Below the pieces are notes generated by a model. It saw only the letters and a list, made by a program, of their open reading frames with translations, made no database searches and had not been told where the DNA came from. This document shows, in pieces, positions 1 through 20,083 of a DNA stretch of 64,000 bases. The translations under genes and the position numbers were made by a program. The stretch is from Salpingoeca rosetta (lineage: Eukaryota; Protista; Choanoflagellata), in contig JAWQFM010000031.1 in NCBI GenBank assembly GCA_033442325.1, positions 732,025 through 796,024 on the forward strand. The letters run 5' to 3'. Position 1 is the first letter of the stretch. Each line of letters starts with the position of its first letter.

Positions 1-73
1 AAGCCCATCCGAGACGGCACCTTCTACGACATGTTCGACTGGGTCAGGTCCTCCAAAACAAAGTACCAAGGTT

Positions 74-115
<42 letters not shown>

Positions 116-405
116 GTCTGTGTGTGTGTGTGTGGATGCAGCTGAACAGGCATGTGCGCTGTTGTTGCACACCCCCAACGGCTTCGTCTTTCCCCATTCC
201 ACTGCGTTTATCCGTGCTTGCAGGCAAGCTCCAGATTGACGGGCGCACGTGCGACCAGTGGCTGTTTGTTGCGCCCACGGCCACCCTCACCATGTGCACC
301 GACGGCAACACCCCCGTCCTCCAGTCCGTCTACTCCGACTCCACAAAGACCGTTCGTTTGTCTGCCATTGTGTGTGTGTGTGTATGTGTGTGTGTGTACA
401 TGCGT

Positions 406-457
<52 letters not shown>

Positions 458-644
458 TTGGTCACTAAAGGTCCCACTCGTGTGGATTTTCCGGCTCGTG
501 AGCCTGCAGTTCCGATGTGGGTTACCATTTCTCGAACGCTCAAGGACCATTGGGTTTTGGGTCAGGATACGCCGTATACTTACCGAAGTTAGGGGAAGTA
601 ACCCAACTAGGTGTACAATTTTCGCTGCGGCGTGTTGCGGTACG

Positions 645-723
<79 letters not shown>

Positions 724-1015
724 CTGTGTGTGCCTGTGTGTGTGTGTGTGTACTTGTGTATCTATGAATGCGTGTGTACTGTATTCCTTTCCAACCTCAG
801 ACTCACCGGGTTTCACCCCCTTGCAACTCACACAACACGTGTTCTTTGCTTCCAACAGTCGCAGTCGTTTGTGTTTCACAAAGACTTTGCACCCCACCCG
901 GACCCCTTTGACAAGAGCATCTTTGACCCTCCACACGAGTGCAACGTGCGACAACGCGACTGTGCAGTGTGAAGTTGCTCACTGCGTGTGCATGTGTGTG
1001 TGTGTGTGCAGAAAA

Positions 1016-1046
<31 letters not shown>

Positions 1047-2281
1047 TGTGTGTGTGTGTGTGTGAGTGCGTGCACACACACGAAGCCTTCCAATACACAT
1101 GCGCGCCCCGTTTACACCACCACCACCACCACTGGTTGGTCATCAGGAGACGCCCGAGGTGTGCCCCGGCCCCGAGGAGGTCGAGACGCTGGACGCGTAC
1201 ATCTTCCACCCAAAGAACACAACCGGCGACATTGTCAACCAGGTGCGTGTGTGCACGTGCGTGAGAGAGAGTGTGTGTGTGCATGCGTGTTTGTGTGTGT
1301 GTTTGTGTGTGTATGTTTGTGTGTGTGTTTCCTTGTCAATTATGCTCTTCATGCTGTGCTGTGCACATATGTGTTGTGTCCTGTCAAGTGACGAAGCAGA
1401 GCCTCTCACGCCGTTGCTCCCCACACTCTGTAACCTCGCCCCCTCCCTTGAACCCGTGCACCTGTCTGCAGGATGTGGCTGACCTGCTTGGCGATGTTGT
1501 GTTCATCTGCACAGATGCCCTGAGCAACCACACCAGCCAGGACCAGTACGAGTACGTGTCCCACTACAAGATCGACGTCGTCAACAAGTGGGGCCAGTAC
1601 GAGGTGCGCTATTCATCGTGCTGTATGTGTGTGCGTGTTTGTGGTCGTGCGTGTGTGTGTGTGTGCGTATGTGTGTGTGTGTGTGTGTGTGTGCACATGT
1701 GTGTGTGTGTGCGTATGTTTGTTTGGCGTTTGCCTCAACCCCTCCTTGTCCATGCTTCTCGTGTTAATTTTTAATCATCACTGTGAACTGCACCTTTGAC
1801 GCATCTATCATCTCTATCTCCTCTCCACCACCAAGTCCTCCACTGACCTCCCCCCCCCCACACACACACACACACCACCACCACCACCACCGCTATCACC
1901 ATCACGTCATGGCAGCAATGCAACGGGTACCCTGGCGCGTGCATCGGGGACCAGCTCCCGCCCGTGGGGCGTGAGGCGTCCTTTGGCATCAAGACACGCG
2001 GCGGGCAGTGTACCAACAACACTGACGTCGGCTCGTGGTTCTCGCTGCCGGAGTCTGGGCTGTGTCCACCGGGGGAGAAGCTCAGCCTGGCCAACAACTG
2101 CACGTGGCGCATCAACACGCGCGTGAAGACGATTGACGGCAAGTGCCTGCTGAAGGACCAGGGCATGTTGCAGTCGTGCGTGAAGGAGGCGCACGTGCCG
2201 TTCCCGCGCACAACAGAGATCCTCGTCAAGGCGTTTAAGCACGACGACAAGAAGAAGGGCGGATGCCCCAACGTCATCTGA
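1..2281 (+). CDS. 3' part of a Cys-rich uncharacterised protein; N-terminal part resembles an ependymin-related (EPDR) domain
   Basis: Phase-consistent GT-AG exons 1-70, 224-351, 859-945, 1147-1242, 1472-1603 and 1916-2281 (TGA). They translate to ...GKLQIDGRTCDQWLF...FDKSIFDPPHEC...QCNGYPGACIG...GSWFSLPESGLC...GGCPNVI*. The start lies upstream of the window. Confidence 0.75.
456..650. mobile_element. ~195-bp unique insert between two (GT)n tracts in an intron; putative retroelement/SINE remnant
   Basis: Complex sequence abruptly flanked by pure (GT)n on both sides and not needed for the reading frame of the host gene. Internal inverted repeats: GGCTC-GT-GAGCC and GGGTTAC...GTAACCC. Confidence 0.4.
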
Positions 2282-2883
2282 TGTGACGCGGTGTGACGTG
2301 GTGTGACGTGATGTGATCGCACACGCTTGGCCCATGTTGCTTCTGGAAGGAATGTTGTCTGTTTTGATGTGGTTGTGTGGGATAGCCGTTGGCGTTGATG
2401 CGTCGTATGCCTGTGTGCTTGCTTGTATGTGTGGCCTGTTCTTCTGTGTCGCTGGCTGTTGGTAGTGCAATCAATTAGCTTTCGTGTTCTGTATGAATGC
2501 ATGTGATGCGCGTGTGTCTGTGTGTGTGTGTGTGTGTGTGTGTTGCTTTTCTGATGGATGGTAGTCGAACCGACCACATGGTGTTAACCGAATGAGAGCA
2601 GCAGCTTGGCATGAAATGTGTGTGTGTGTGTGTGTGTGAGAGTGTGTGTGCGTGTGTGTGCGTGGCATGGCACGACAGCACCACACAGCAGCCACAACAG
2701 CAACTTCAACCAACCAAACACCAAACAACAACAACAGCCAGCAACAACCGATATTATTCCCTGAAGATATACGCAAATTGTCCGCACTTCCGTCCATCTC
2801 AACGAACAACAACGACGAACAACACCAACCGCTTGCTTTGCGTCTCCCCTTCCATCCCCCCCCCCCTTCCCGCGACTGCAGGG

Positions 2884-9527
<6,644 letters not shown>

Positions 9528-10565
9528 CGACGCGATTCGCTGTGCGTGTTCGTGTTCGTGTGTGTGCGTGTGTGTGTGTGTGTTCATTGCTTGCATGCTG
9601 TTGTTGTGCCTGGAGCTCTTTGTGCATTACACGTGTGTTACTTTCTCGACATCTTTACGTGCTGTGTGGCATTGACGTTTATGAACCAATGCAGTCATCA
9701 TGAACTCTTCAGCATCAACTGAAAACAGAAAAAAAAAACAAAACACATATCGTGGACAGAAGAACACACAGTATGTTCGAGGGAGAAGAAACAAGAGAAA
9801 ACAAACGAACCAATCGCATCTGCACCAACATTTTTGTTCCCCTAGCGCCATGGTGAAGACCAGCCCAACACAGCACAAATGAGGGAAAAGACAGCACAAT
9901 GCGACTACAACTTCAGACAAAATTTGGCGAGACACGCGTCAAACACAAGCACAGCGACTTGAAATGCACAAACACAAAGAAAAGGCCCAAAGCAAAATGT
10001 GATGACAAGTGACAACGGGGATATCGATGAACCATGCATGCAAAGAACGAAGAACAACAGCAAGCGGCTCTGGCCGCCTCCAAAGGTGAAGAGGAGAGGA
10101 GAAAATGAGGAATGAAGAGGAAGGTGAGGAGTTGACGGCACGTAAGGAGCGACAGTTGACATGAGATGAGATGAAAAAGCGAAGACAAACAAACACAAAG
10201 GATGAGCAGTAACATGCGTATGTACCACAATACCATCACATGAACTCTATAGACACGGGTAAACAAAATAAGCACCGCATCAGTTGCGTTCGGTTAACGA
10301 AGCACAAACACACGCACGCGAGCGAGAGTGTAACGAACGAAAGCAAAGCATTGAAAAAAATACGAGACGATGCCGTGGCAGCAGCCACCCTACAGACACT
10401 GACAAAGAGAGAAGAAAACAACAAAACCTTCAAACTCAACTGAAACCAACGAGGCTATTTCATACACACATAGAAAGGACAAGCATAGAGCGTGCGATGG
10501 CACAGACGATGTCCATCAGACGTGTTGGCCACAGCAGCAGCACCAGTGCAGCGCCAACGCGTCCT

Positions 10566-13500
10566 CTAACAGTCTGAGGAGACGATACTGGAAGTGCTGT
10601 GGTCGTGGTGGTGGTCGTCATCCCCATCCGTTGGGTCGATGCTCAGGTCAGCTTCCACGAGCGACGTTGGCGTGCTCAGGCCACTGCGCAGGTAGTCTGG
10701 CGGCGGGCTGATGGGGCTCGCGGTTGCGCTGCGCGACGTGTTGAGCGCCAACTGCACGTCGTCCTGGGCAATGCGGTTTGTGTGCCGGCGGCTGCGTCGG
10801 GCGCGCTGGCGGGACGGCGACGGCGGCGTGTTGGGCGGCGTCTGCTGTGCATAGCGCGCCACGATGCCCATGTCATCTGGACAGTCATCGCCCATGTGCA
10901 CGGAGATGTCGGGGGACACGGCCCGCCCGTTGTCAAACGAGACCACGCGGGCTGCGGAGTGGCGGTTGCTGAGCCGTGGCAGCCGCAGCTTGAACGTGGA
11001 CGAGGACTCACCAACGGTGTCGGCCAGGGACTTGGTGCTCTCCATTGGAGGCTCGTTGCGCATGTCCCACATGGAGCTGACGGTGGACGAGTCGCCAGCA
11101 CCAACGCCGGTTGTGCCCGTGCGCTTGTGCGTGCCTGACGATGAGTAGTCCTTGGCCTTTGCGTTGAGCATGGTGATCTGGCGGCGCTCGAGCTTCGTCT
11201 GGGACGACAGCACGTACGCCTCGCGCACATTGGTGTGGCGCACGACATAGTGCACGAAGATGAAGATGCCCTCGCCAAGCGTGAAGATGGTGAAGAGATA
11301 CTGCAGGGCAATGTGGTCGTTGAACAGCGCGATGATGGCGAAGATCCAGGAGAACCCGAGGATCCACATGAACGCCAGGCCGGCAATGACGGTTGTCTTG
11401 AGCTGCACACGCTGCTTGATGTTGGCCAGCACCCGCACGAGCACGACGGTGTTGATGAGGAGGGACCCGGCAAACGGGACGAGGAAGGCGTAGCGAAGAT
11501 GGGAGGCCATGTCGATCCAGCAGTAGGATGAGGTGCTGTAGTCTTTGCGGTCCAGGAACACACACACGCCAACAATGGCGGCGCACGCGGTGTACACGTA
11601 CATGGCCAGCTTCCACGTGGCGGTGTTGTTGTTGTTGTTGAAGACGGAGACGAAGGTGCAGTGGATGTCATAGGCGATGCACAGCATCCACCCGCTGATG
11701 GCGAGGAGGCAGAAGTGCAGCAGCAGCGCCACCAGCAGGCAGACGGCTGAGTTGTCATGGAGGTCTGGCTGCAGCACAAACTGCAAGAGCAGCTGCATGA
11801 ACAGCAGCGGCACGCACATGTGCACCACCAACTTGTGGTGCTGCTGCACGTACGGCTTCTTCCACAACGCCATGTATGCGACGATGGTAAGCAGCAGGCA
11901 CAGGCACGACAGGCCCGTGCCAATGTACGTGAGGAGCGTCAGTCCCTCCTGCTCGGCAGAGAGCGCGCCACCAGCGACGGCGCTGTCTGCGTTGGTGACG
12001 AGGATGGCAAAGCTCGTCATGTGCGTGCACGTGCACGTGACCTCGAGCGTGGGCATCTGACCGGCGGCCACGCGCACAAACGACGAGGCAGGCGATGACG
12101 ATGATGATGACGAGGGGTGGGGAATGACGGCGACGTCGGAAGCAACGCAGCCCTCGCCCGCCCACGCATCGGTGGCTGGATCCCACCACCTGCAGGACGG
12201 CGCAAATGGCACATACATGGAGCTGGTCGTGTCATCCAGGCACACGGGGCCATGCACGGCAGGGTCGCACTTGCGGGTGAGGGTGGACTTGAGCTCCTTC
12301 ACGCCCTCTTGGATCAGGGCCGCGTCCTCGCTGCTGGTGTCGATGGGAAGAAGGGCCACGCGGAGAACAAGCGTGGTGTTGTCAATGCTCGCGGGCGCAA
12401 CGCCCACAATCTCCGCAGATTCTGCCAGAATGGCTGGCATCTCAAACCCGGGCGACATGTAGCGGCTGAGCATGGCGGGAACAGCCGTGCTTGCGGGCAA
12501 CGACGTCTCAAACGTCATGGAGAAGGAGAGGCCGTTAATGCCGCTGGTGTTAACCTTGGAGCCATCCGCTGCTGAGACGAGGCTGACGTCGATCACTGGG
12601 GAGGCCACGGCAGCCTGGTTGGCGGGCAGTGTCTGGCTGCTGCGCTCTGGATCAAAGTACAGCACAGACACGACGGTGTCGTTGTTGTTGGCGGTGAACT
12701 CGGCAGGAAGCGGCACCTCAGCCTGCACACGGCGACCGCTGGGTTTTGTGGACGCGTACTCAAAGATGCGTGTTCGGCTGACAGGCGAAAGCACCACCTC
12801 CACGCCTGCGTCTGGCGTGGACGAGTTGAATGCGCCCGTGGCCCTGGTCACTGCCCCTGCAAGCCGGTGCACCATGCCGAGCAGCGCGCCCGTGAATGCA
12901 AACGGGGACGCGGTGTCGACGGTGACGCCCGTGTCAGCGAGCTGGCTCTCAACCTGCGAGGCGTTGAGATCGAGCGATGCGGCGCCGGACGAAAACGCCA
13001 GCGTGTTGAAGCTATCAAACACGCGGTCAAGCGTCTCAGGTGTGACTGTGCGGTTGCTGTACGCGGCGGTGTTTGCAAGCACGGCGAGCGTGCGCACGCT
13101 CTGCAGGACAACGTCCTGTCGGGCTCTGATCTCTTCTGGTGTGAGGGGGGCGGTCGACGTTGTCGGTGTGGATGAGTTGCCCAGGATTCGTGCGGTTGCG
13201 TCATTCAGGGCATCGGCGATGTCGTTGGAAACACTCTGAACATCAACGCTGTTGCCATTGTTGCCGTTGTTGCCATTGTTGCCGTTGTTACCGTTGTTGC
13301 CGTTGTTGCCATTGTTGCCATTGTTGCCGTTGTTGCCGTTGTTGTGCGCGTTGTCATTGGCGTTGTTGTTTGCGTGGCTCCCTGACTGCACCAGCCCGTC
13401 AGCGATGCTGTCCAGCGCGTCTGTCACATCCTTCAAGCACGCGCTCGCGTCGGGCTGCAGCCATGTCCCAAACCGGCTCCGGATGCACACGTCTGCAGCG

Positions 13501-14379
13501 TGGTTGCATGTTTGCATGTTTGCATGTTTGTGTTTGCGCGTGTGTGAGCATGTGCATGAGCGAGTGTGTGGGCGCATGTGTGACCGCGTGTGTTGTGAGT
13601 GAACGTGAATGCAAATACGATACAAACACAAGACCACACGGCCTTGAACGTGCTTGTTCAAGAAAGGGAAATGATTGCGACAAGCGAAAGAGATACGCCA
13701 CAAGAACAGCAACCACAACATCACCACATGTGTGTGTGTGTGTGCGTGTGTGTGTACCTGAGCCAGCACGGCTGGTGCCGACGGAGGTGAGAGTGCAGCA
13801 GATGCGAAAGACGCGACGGGTTGAGCCTGCACTGCACGGCAGTGAGTACAGGCCGCCCTAAATCCGTGACGCATGTCGGAATGGTGGTGGTGGTGGTGGT
13901 GGATTGGTGGTGGACATGCAATGGTGAATCGTATGAAATAAAGGGAGGGCAGGTGCTCGCGTGTGTGCGCAGTGATGATTTGCGTAGTGTGCCATGACAG
14001 AGATTGGCACGAACATAGGTGTGGTGTTGGTTGGCTTACCGTGGGAGCATGTGGCCAGTTGTCCGTTCCCGTATGGTCAGCAGCGCAAGACCTGCACAGC
14101 CGCAAGCATGCGTGTATGCGTGTGTATGTGAGTGTGTGTGTGTGTGTGTTTGGGACAAGTGGATGGGTGTCAGGAGATGTGAAAAACGCAGGCAAACACA
14201 TGGACAAACAATCAATCGACAAGAGAGCATACACGCAAGAAACAAGCCGGGGGCTGGTGTGTCAGAGACCCAAGGAGTGCTGGTGCACACGTACGTGGTG
14301 GACGATGTGGGAATGAATGTGGTGGTGGGGGCGGTACTTGACGAAGTCGTGGTGGTTGCTGTTGTTGTTGAAGTTGTTT

Positions 14380-14417
<38 letters not shown>

Positions 14418-14871
14418 GAAGTTGTTGTTGTTGTTGTTGAAGTTGTTGTTGTTGTTGTAGAAGTTGTTGTTGTTGTTGTTGAAGTTGTTGTTGTTGTTGT
14501 AGAAGTTGTTGTTGTTGTTGTTGTAGAAGTTGTTGTTGTCGTTGAGCAGGGTGGGGCGGTAGCAATCATTCCCTCCCTCACATTGCGTTAGTTTTTTATG
14601 TATATCCCATCCTACCGTACTTCGGAGCCCTAGTCCAGGACTCAAGCGCGTCCATTCCCGTAGCTTGTGCTTACAATCGCTGGAGCATTCCGCATCTCAC
14701 GACTCCTAGGCGATGGCGGATTGCTCGTGGACGCATGTACCCTCCCAGAGGTCAACCGATCAATGATAATCCAATCGTTGCCCGCGTGATGCAGCGTAGT
14801 TAATATCGGAATGGGTACGACAGCGTTCTCAGCCCGAGATTCGCTAATGGTTGCACGTGTGTGTGTTGTTG

Positions 14872-14912
<41 letters not shown>

Positions 14913-14922
14913 GTTGTTGTGG

Positions 14923-14959
<37 letters not shown>

Positions 14960-16971
14960 AGTTGTTGTTGTTGTAGTTGTTGTTGTTGTTGTTGTTGTCG
15001 TAAGCACAACACCATCTGCAAGGCGGAACATCACAACCATGAGGCAATCAGAAAGCAAACACAACCACCGCACTCAACTGGCACCAGCGCATCCACTGGT
15101 CACATCATCAGCAGCACCGTTTCCATCGTGTCACATGCATGACGCAGCACTCACTCTGGAAGTCGACGGCACAGGAGAACCCGACACAGCCGCGGATGGG
15201 GAGGCGATGCATGAGCTGGCGCGGGGTGAGCTGGCCGGAGAGCACGGCCACGTTGTCAATGCCGAGGCCGTCGCAGACTGTGTAGCCCGACCCAAGCTTG
15301 AACTGGTAGCGCACAAAGACGTGCGGGGTCGAGTGGTGGTAGTGGCGGTGGTGGTGTGTGCATGTGAGAAATGGAGGTCATACACGTGTGGGGAAATGTC
15401 ATTGCAACGCACTGACACCAAACGCTGTCAAACAACACCAGCGCGGCAGGCTCAATCACACTGGTAGAGGTTCAGCACAAGCGCACCTCTGTGCCGGTGG
15501 CCAACGAGCCGACATTGACCGCTGCTGGCGAGGAGGCGATCAGGATGCCGTTGCAGTAGATGTACATGCCCGAGGCGCCAAACGACACTTGGAAGTGGTT
15601 CCACTTGTTCGTGCTGATGGTCGAGAAGATACCATCCCTGCATACAACAATACCGAGGATGTGGTGATGGTGGTGGTGGTGTTAGTGGTGGTGGTGGTGG
15701 TGGTGGTGGTGATGGTGATGGTGGTGGTGGTGTTAGTGGTGGTGGTGATGGCGGGAGCATGCTGGTTAGGGGGAAGGGAGGGAATAGCAGCAGCGTGTGT
15801 GGTCTGGAATACATCAAGCACCAAGCCAATGTTCGTTCACATCAAACAACGGCCAAGATCCCAGGATGATTGCTTGCAAGCATTGCGAGGACGTACCATG
15901 AAGACGGAGCAGAGAGATCGCCAATGGTGGCACCCGTGGCATCGGAAATGTACAGGTGGGGGATGTTGTTGCTGGCCACCTCAAACTTGACAATCTGATT
16001 GCCGTTGCGGAAGCGAAAAAGGCGCGTGGTGTAGAGGAAGTATAGGATGTTGGAGGGGAACTTGACCCACATCGACACCGTCATATCTGATGGCAGCGCA
16101 ATCCTGACACGCGCGAACACGCACACACGATCAACACGCACGCAAACACGAGCAATGGAAGCGGGAAAAGCGGGCGGCGTTGAAGTGAGACGATGGGATG
16201 AGATGAGACGAGTACTCAACGTGTATTAATGTGTTTGTGTGCGGCTGGGGACACTTTTCACCTCTGCATGTGTGCACACATGCATGTTATCGTCTTCGCA
16301 ACTCACTGCGTGGCGAGGTCCGGCAGGCAGTCCGTATCGATGGTGAGGTAGTTGTCGCCGTTGCGGTCGTCATAGAAGAGCCAGCACGACGTTGATCGCG
16401 TCATTGCCCCAAGACCGCTCATGCTGATGTCAAATCAGTGGCAGTGGTGACAGATGCCGTGTCACGTGAGCACGTGGGAGGTGTCACGTAGTGCAGGTGT
16501 GTGTGTGTGAACGTGGTGGCAAAGGAGGTAATTATCCCAGAAGAAGTGGGCATGACATGGAAGGGCAAGTGCACATGCCCATCAGCGTACTCGTTGTTGT
16601 CGAAGGTAAAGAGCTCAAAGACATCCGGCTCAGCAGCACACGTGAGTGTCTCTGTGGTAGTGGGTAAGGGATTGCAGTTGCACAACATGAGCATGCGCCA
16701 CTCGCAACAAATCGCACACACACATACACACACACACAAGCACACTCACGCACATAAACACACTCGCACGTGTGCGTGCACGAATATCATTGGCCACGGC
16801 ATGGGCACGCACCGAAGCCAAAGTCGTAGGTCGCGTACTCATCCTGGGCGCACTCCCCATACGTGAGGGTGATGTCGAGCTTTGCACCAGAGGGCGGCAG
16901 CTCGGAGGCGAGAAATACATCCGCCTCAATCACCAGCGCAGGCGGGCCAGTGTCTACAGATGGTGGATTGT

Positions 16972-17040
<69 letters not shown>

Positions 17041-17405
17041 NNNNNNNNNNNNNNNNNNNNNNNNNNNNNNNNNNNNNNNNNNNNNNNNNNNNNNNNNNNN
17101 NNNNNNNNNNNNNNNNNNNNNNNNNNNNNNNNNNNNNNNNNNNNNNNNNNNNNNNNNNNNNNNNNNNNNNNNNNNNNNNNNNNNNNNNNNNNNNNNNNNN
17201 NNNNNNNNNNNNNNNNNNNNNNNNNNNNNNNNNNNNNNNNNNNNNNNNNNNNNNNNNNNNNNNNNNNNNNNNNNNNNNNNNNNNNNNNNNNNNNNNNNNN
17301 NNNNNNNNNNNNNNNNNNNNNNNNNNNNNNNNNNNNNNNNNNNNNNNNNNNNNNNNNNNNNNNNNNNNNNNNNNNNNNNNNNNNNNNNNNNNNNNNNNNN
17401 NNNNN

Positions 17406-17458
<53 letters not shown>

Positions 17459-17883
17459 TACCAGCTTGGATGGCGTGATTGTGGGAAGGAGAGAGGTTGC
17501 CCTGGTAGCGCACCCATCGAGGATGCGACACGGAGCTACAGTCCGTTGGCTAGATGTTGGTGTTGGTGAGTGGGGGGGGGGTATGTGAACACAAGGGTAT
17601 CATATCAGTTGAAATCGGTGGGTGTGGGCGTGGGCGCACATATTTGGCGGCCGTGGTGGGAAGGTACACAACAAACAACAATAAACAACAACAACAACAA
17701 CAAACACAACAGGCCACATCACACAGCATCACAAGAACAACACACATCCCAACAGCAAAGCCATACCGTGGTGGAGCCGTAGGCTTGGCACTTGACTTGG
17801 ATCATGGAGTCGTCATAAGTGCTTGCGGCAGTGACGGCTGTGGTTGCCGCCAATGCGAGCAGCACCAGTGCTACCCGCGCCAT
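10566..17883 (-). CDS. Adhesion GPCR: signal peptide, LamG/pentraxin-like domain, HRM, GAIN/GPS, secretin-type 7TM, long C-tail
   Basis: First exon 17883-17767 MARVALVLLALAATTAVTAAS. LamG-like exons at ~16103-15155 (MTVSMWVK..WNHFQVSFGASGMYIYCNG..GIDNVAVLSGQLT). HRM-like WPHAPT..LPCSAG..VFRIC..GTWLQPDASAC. Large last exon 13492-10566 with GPS CRWWD..WAGEGC..CTCTHM|TSFAILV and 7 TM helices (LTYIGTGLSCLCLLLTI, HFCLLAISGWML, YCWI, LGFSWIF, GIFIFVHY). The gene spans an assembly gap; some middle exons are approximate. Confidence 0.9.
13251..13345 (-). repeat. Coding 9-bp tandem repeat encoding (Asn-Asn-Gly)n in the GPCR ectodomain
   Basis: About 10 copies of AAC-AAY-GGC in frame (NNGNNGNNG...). 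Confidence 0.9.
14349..14544. repeat. Interrupted (GTT)n microsatellite, intronic
   Basis: (GTT)n with periodic GAA/GTAGAA interruptions. Confidence 0.9.
14545..14855. mobile_element. ~310-bp structured insert between (GTT)n and (GT)n/(GTT)n tracts in a GPCR intron; putative retroelement 3' end or ncRNA
   Basis: Unique complex sequence bounded by microsatellites. Nested inverted repeats GCGTCCA/TGGACGC and AGCATTCCGC/GCGGATTGCT. No fit as an exon. Confidence 0.4.
17041..17405. other. Assembly gap (365 N) between (GT)n and (CA)n tracts
   Basis: Run of N. Confidence 1.
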
Positions 17884-19110
17884 GATTGTGGTGGCGGTGG
17901 TGCGTCTGACTCGCTCGCTCAGTCGGTCGATGTGGCCGCGTGAGCGGTGGTGCTGGTGTGGGAAGTGGGAGAAGTCTCGATCAAGTCAGAAGGATGATGT
18001 GCCACGAGCTGGGCAGATCACAGCAGCAAGGAAAGGCGAGATGGGCAAGCAACGCTGCGACTCGACGCGTTGGCGATGGTGGATGGTATCGCGCGCCAAG
18101 ATGGTACGCGGTGGTGATGGAAGGAGGAGGAGAGGTGGAAGCGCGCGTGTTTAGGTTCGATAGAGACGATGATGGCTCGCTCGAGACGGTGTGTTGGCTC
18201 GCGTGAGTGTGGGTGAATGGAAGAGCTCTGCGGCTCTGCGCGTGCGACAGAAGCAGAGACGGAAGGAGGAAGCAAAGCAAAGATGGGATGGACGGGCAAG
18301 GATGGGATGGAAGGTGAGAGAATGCAAGACAGACAGACGCAAGGCCTGGCGGTGGCATCAAGGCAGCAGCCCCAACACAGCAAGCAGAAGCAACACAAGG
18401 CTCGAGTTTTGCTTGGCTCAAATCAACACACACCAATATGTATCAACCAACCAACCTGCCTGGTATGTTGGGTGGTGTGTAAACAAGTTCTCGGTATGTT
18501 GGGGTGGTGGCGACGATGTGAATGCGATAATTGGTGGCAAAGCCAACCCAAGGCCTCCGCATCTGGGTGTGTTTTGGTTGTTGTGGATTCCAGTGATGTT
18601 TGCGTTCCGCGGCTCGTCAGGGTTCACCACACGTTGCACAACAAACGCAACCTCATACGAACTTGCTGTAGGCTGCGTGCACAGTGGTTGGCAAATCGAT
18701 TCAGGAAGACGTGCGGGGCAGCCGGTCGAAGCTGACGGGAGGGACGCATTTTCACAACTTGGTGGTGATGGTTGGGAGCGGCTGCGTATCGTTTGTGTTA
18801 TTGCGTGTTGTTGAGTGACGTGATGATGTGAACGCAAATTAACACGCCCAACCCGATACAACCAGGGATGCCTTGATGTTTGTTGTCAGCGCAGACGAGG
18901 CGTCGGTGCGGAGGACTGTCGCGTTGGCGACACGCTGCTGGATTGTGCTCGTGTGCGTGTGCGTCGAGGTGGTGATGCCATTCGTGGCGATGTGGGTGGT
19001 TCGGGTGGTTTGTGCCTGTTTGGTTGTTCTTCTCGTTTGTCAGTTTTTGGGTAGAAATTTAATCGAACATACACATAATCTTCTACAAGTGCGAAAAGCG
19101 GACAACGGTG

Positions 19111-19159
<49 letters not shown>

Positions 19160-19175
19160 GGTGTGTGTTGGTGTT

Positions 19176-19209
<34 letters not shown>

Positions 19210-19461
19210 TGTGTGTGTGTGTGTGTGTAGGTGTGTGTGTGTGTGTTTTCTGTAACCTGTACCTTTGCGCCCACTCGCTTAACACTCTGTGTCCGAGACT
19301 ACAAAGTCAAGTCTGCCCAAGAAAGCAGAGACAAGCAGGAGTGAGTGAATGTGCGGATGCAAGGGAGGGCAGCACTTGCTTGTTTGTAGACAGCACACAC
19401 GAAGCACATCGCGAAGCACATCGCGAAGCACATCGCGATGTACATCGCGAAGCACACGAAA

Positions 19462-19795
19462 TCAGCACGAACGAACACACGAACAAACGCGCCTCATGCA
19501 GGCGCTTTCGTACCCGTAGCCGACGAGAAAGGCTGCTGTCGCAGCGACGCTGCCGTTGGCAAGCATGGTGAGCCCGCTCACGTACCACCGCTGGCCGATG
19601 TAGCGGCTCTTGACAGCACCCAGCGTGAACAGCGCCAATGCCGTCAACGCACACGCAATCCCAAACAGCACGCTGTTCTTGTGCCCTCCAAAACTGATGC
19701 TGCTCAGCACCAGATACGCTGCACATGGGTGTGGGGGGGGGGAGGGGGGAGGGAGGGTTGTTTGAGGGGCGATGTGTGTGTGTGTCTGTGTGCGC

Positions 19796-19855
<60 letters not shown>

Positions 19856-20011
19856 GTGTGTGTGTGTGTGTGCGTGTGTGTGTGTGTGTGTGCTGTGTGT
19901 AACACCACGCCTCAAAGGCGGAGCAAACCCATCAATCAATCACGCGAGAGCAAGAAAGCACCAAACACACACACATACACACGCACACATGAACACAAGT
20001 ACACACGCACC

Positions 20012-20083
<72 letters not shown>

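Noticed and set aside
17461-17550. Another foreign insert next to the assembly gap
   Set aside because: It is a GT-AG-bounded, in-frame exon of the adhesion GPCR (PTDCSSVSHPRWVRYQGNL..).
19401-19455. 12-bp tandem repeat GAAGCACATCGC (about 4 copies), and a similar 19-bp repeat at ~45986-46031
   Set aside because: These are ordinary short slippage repeats in intron or UTR sequence, with no further structure.
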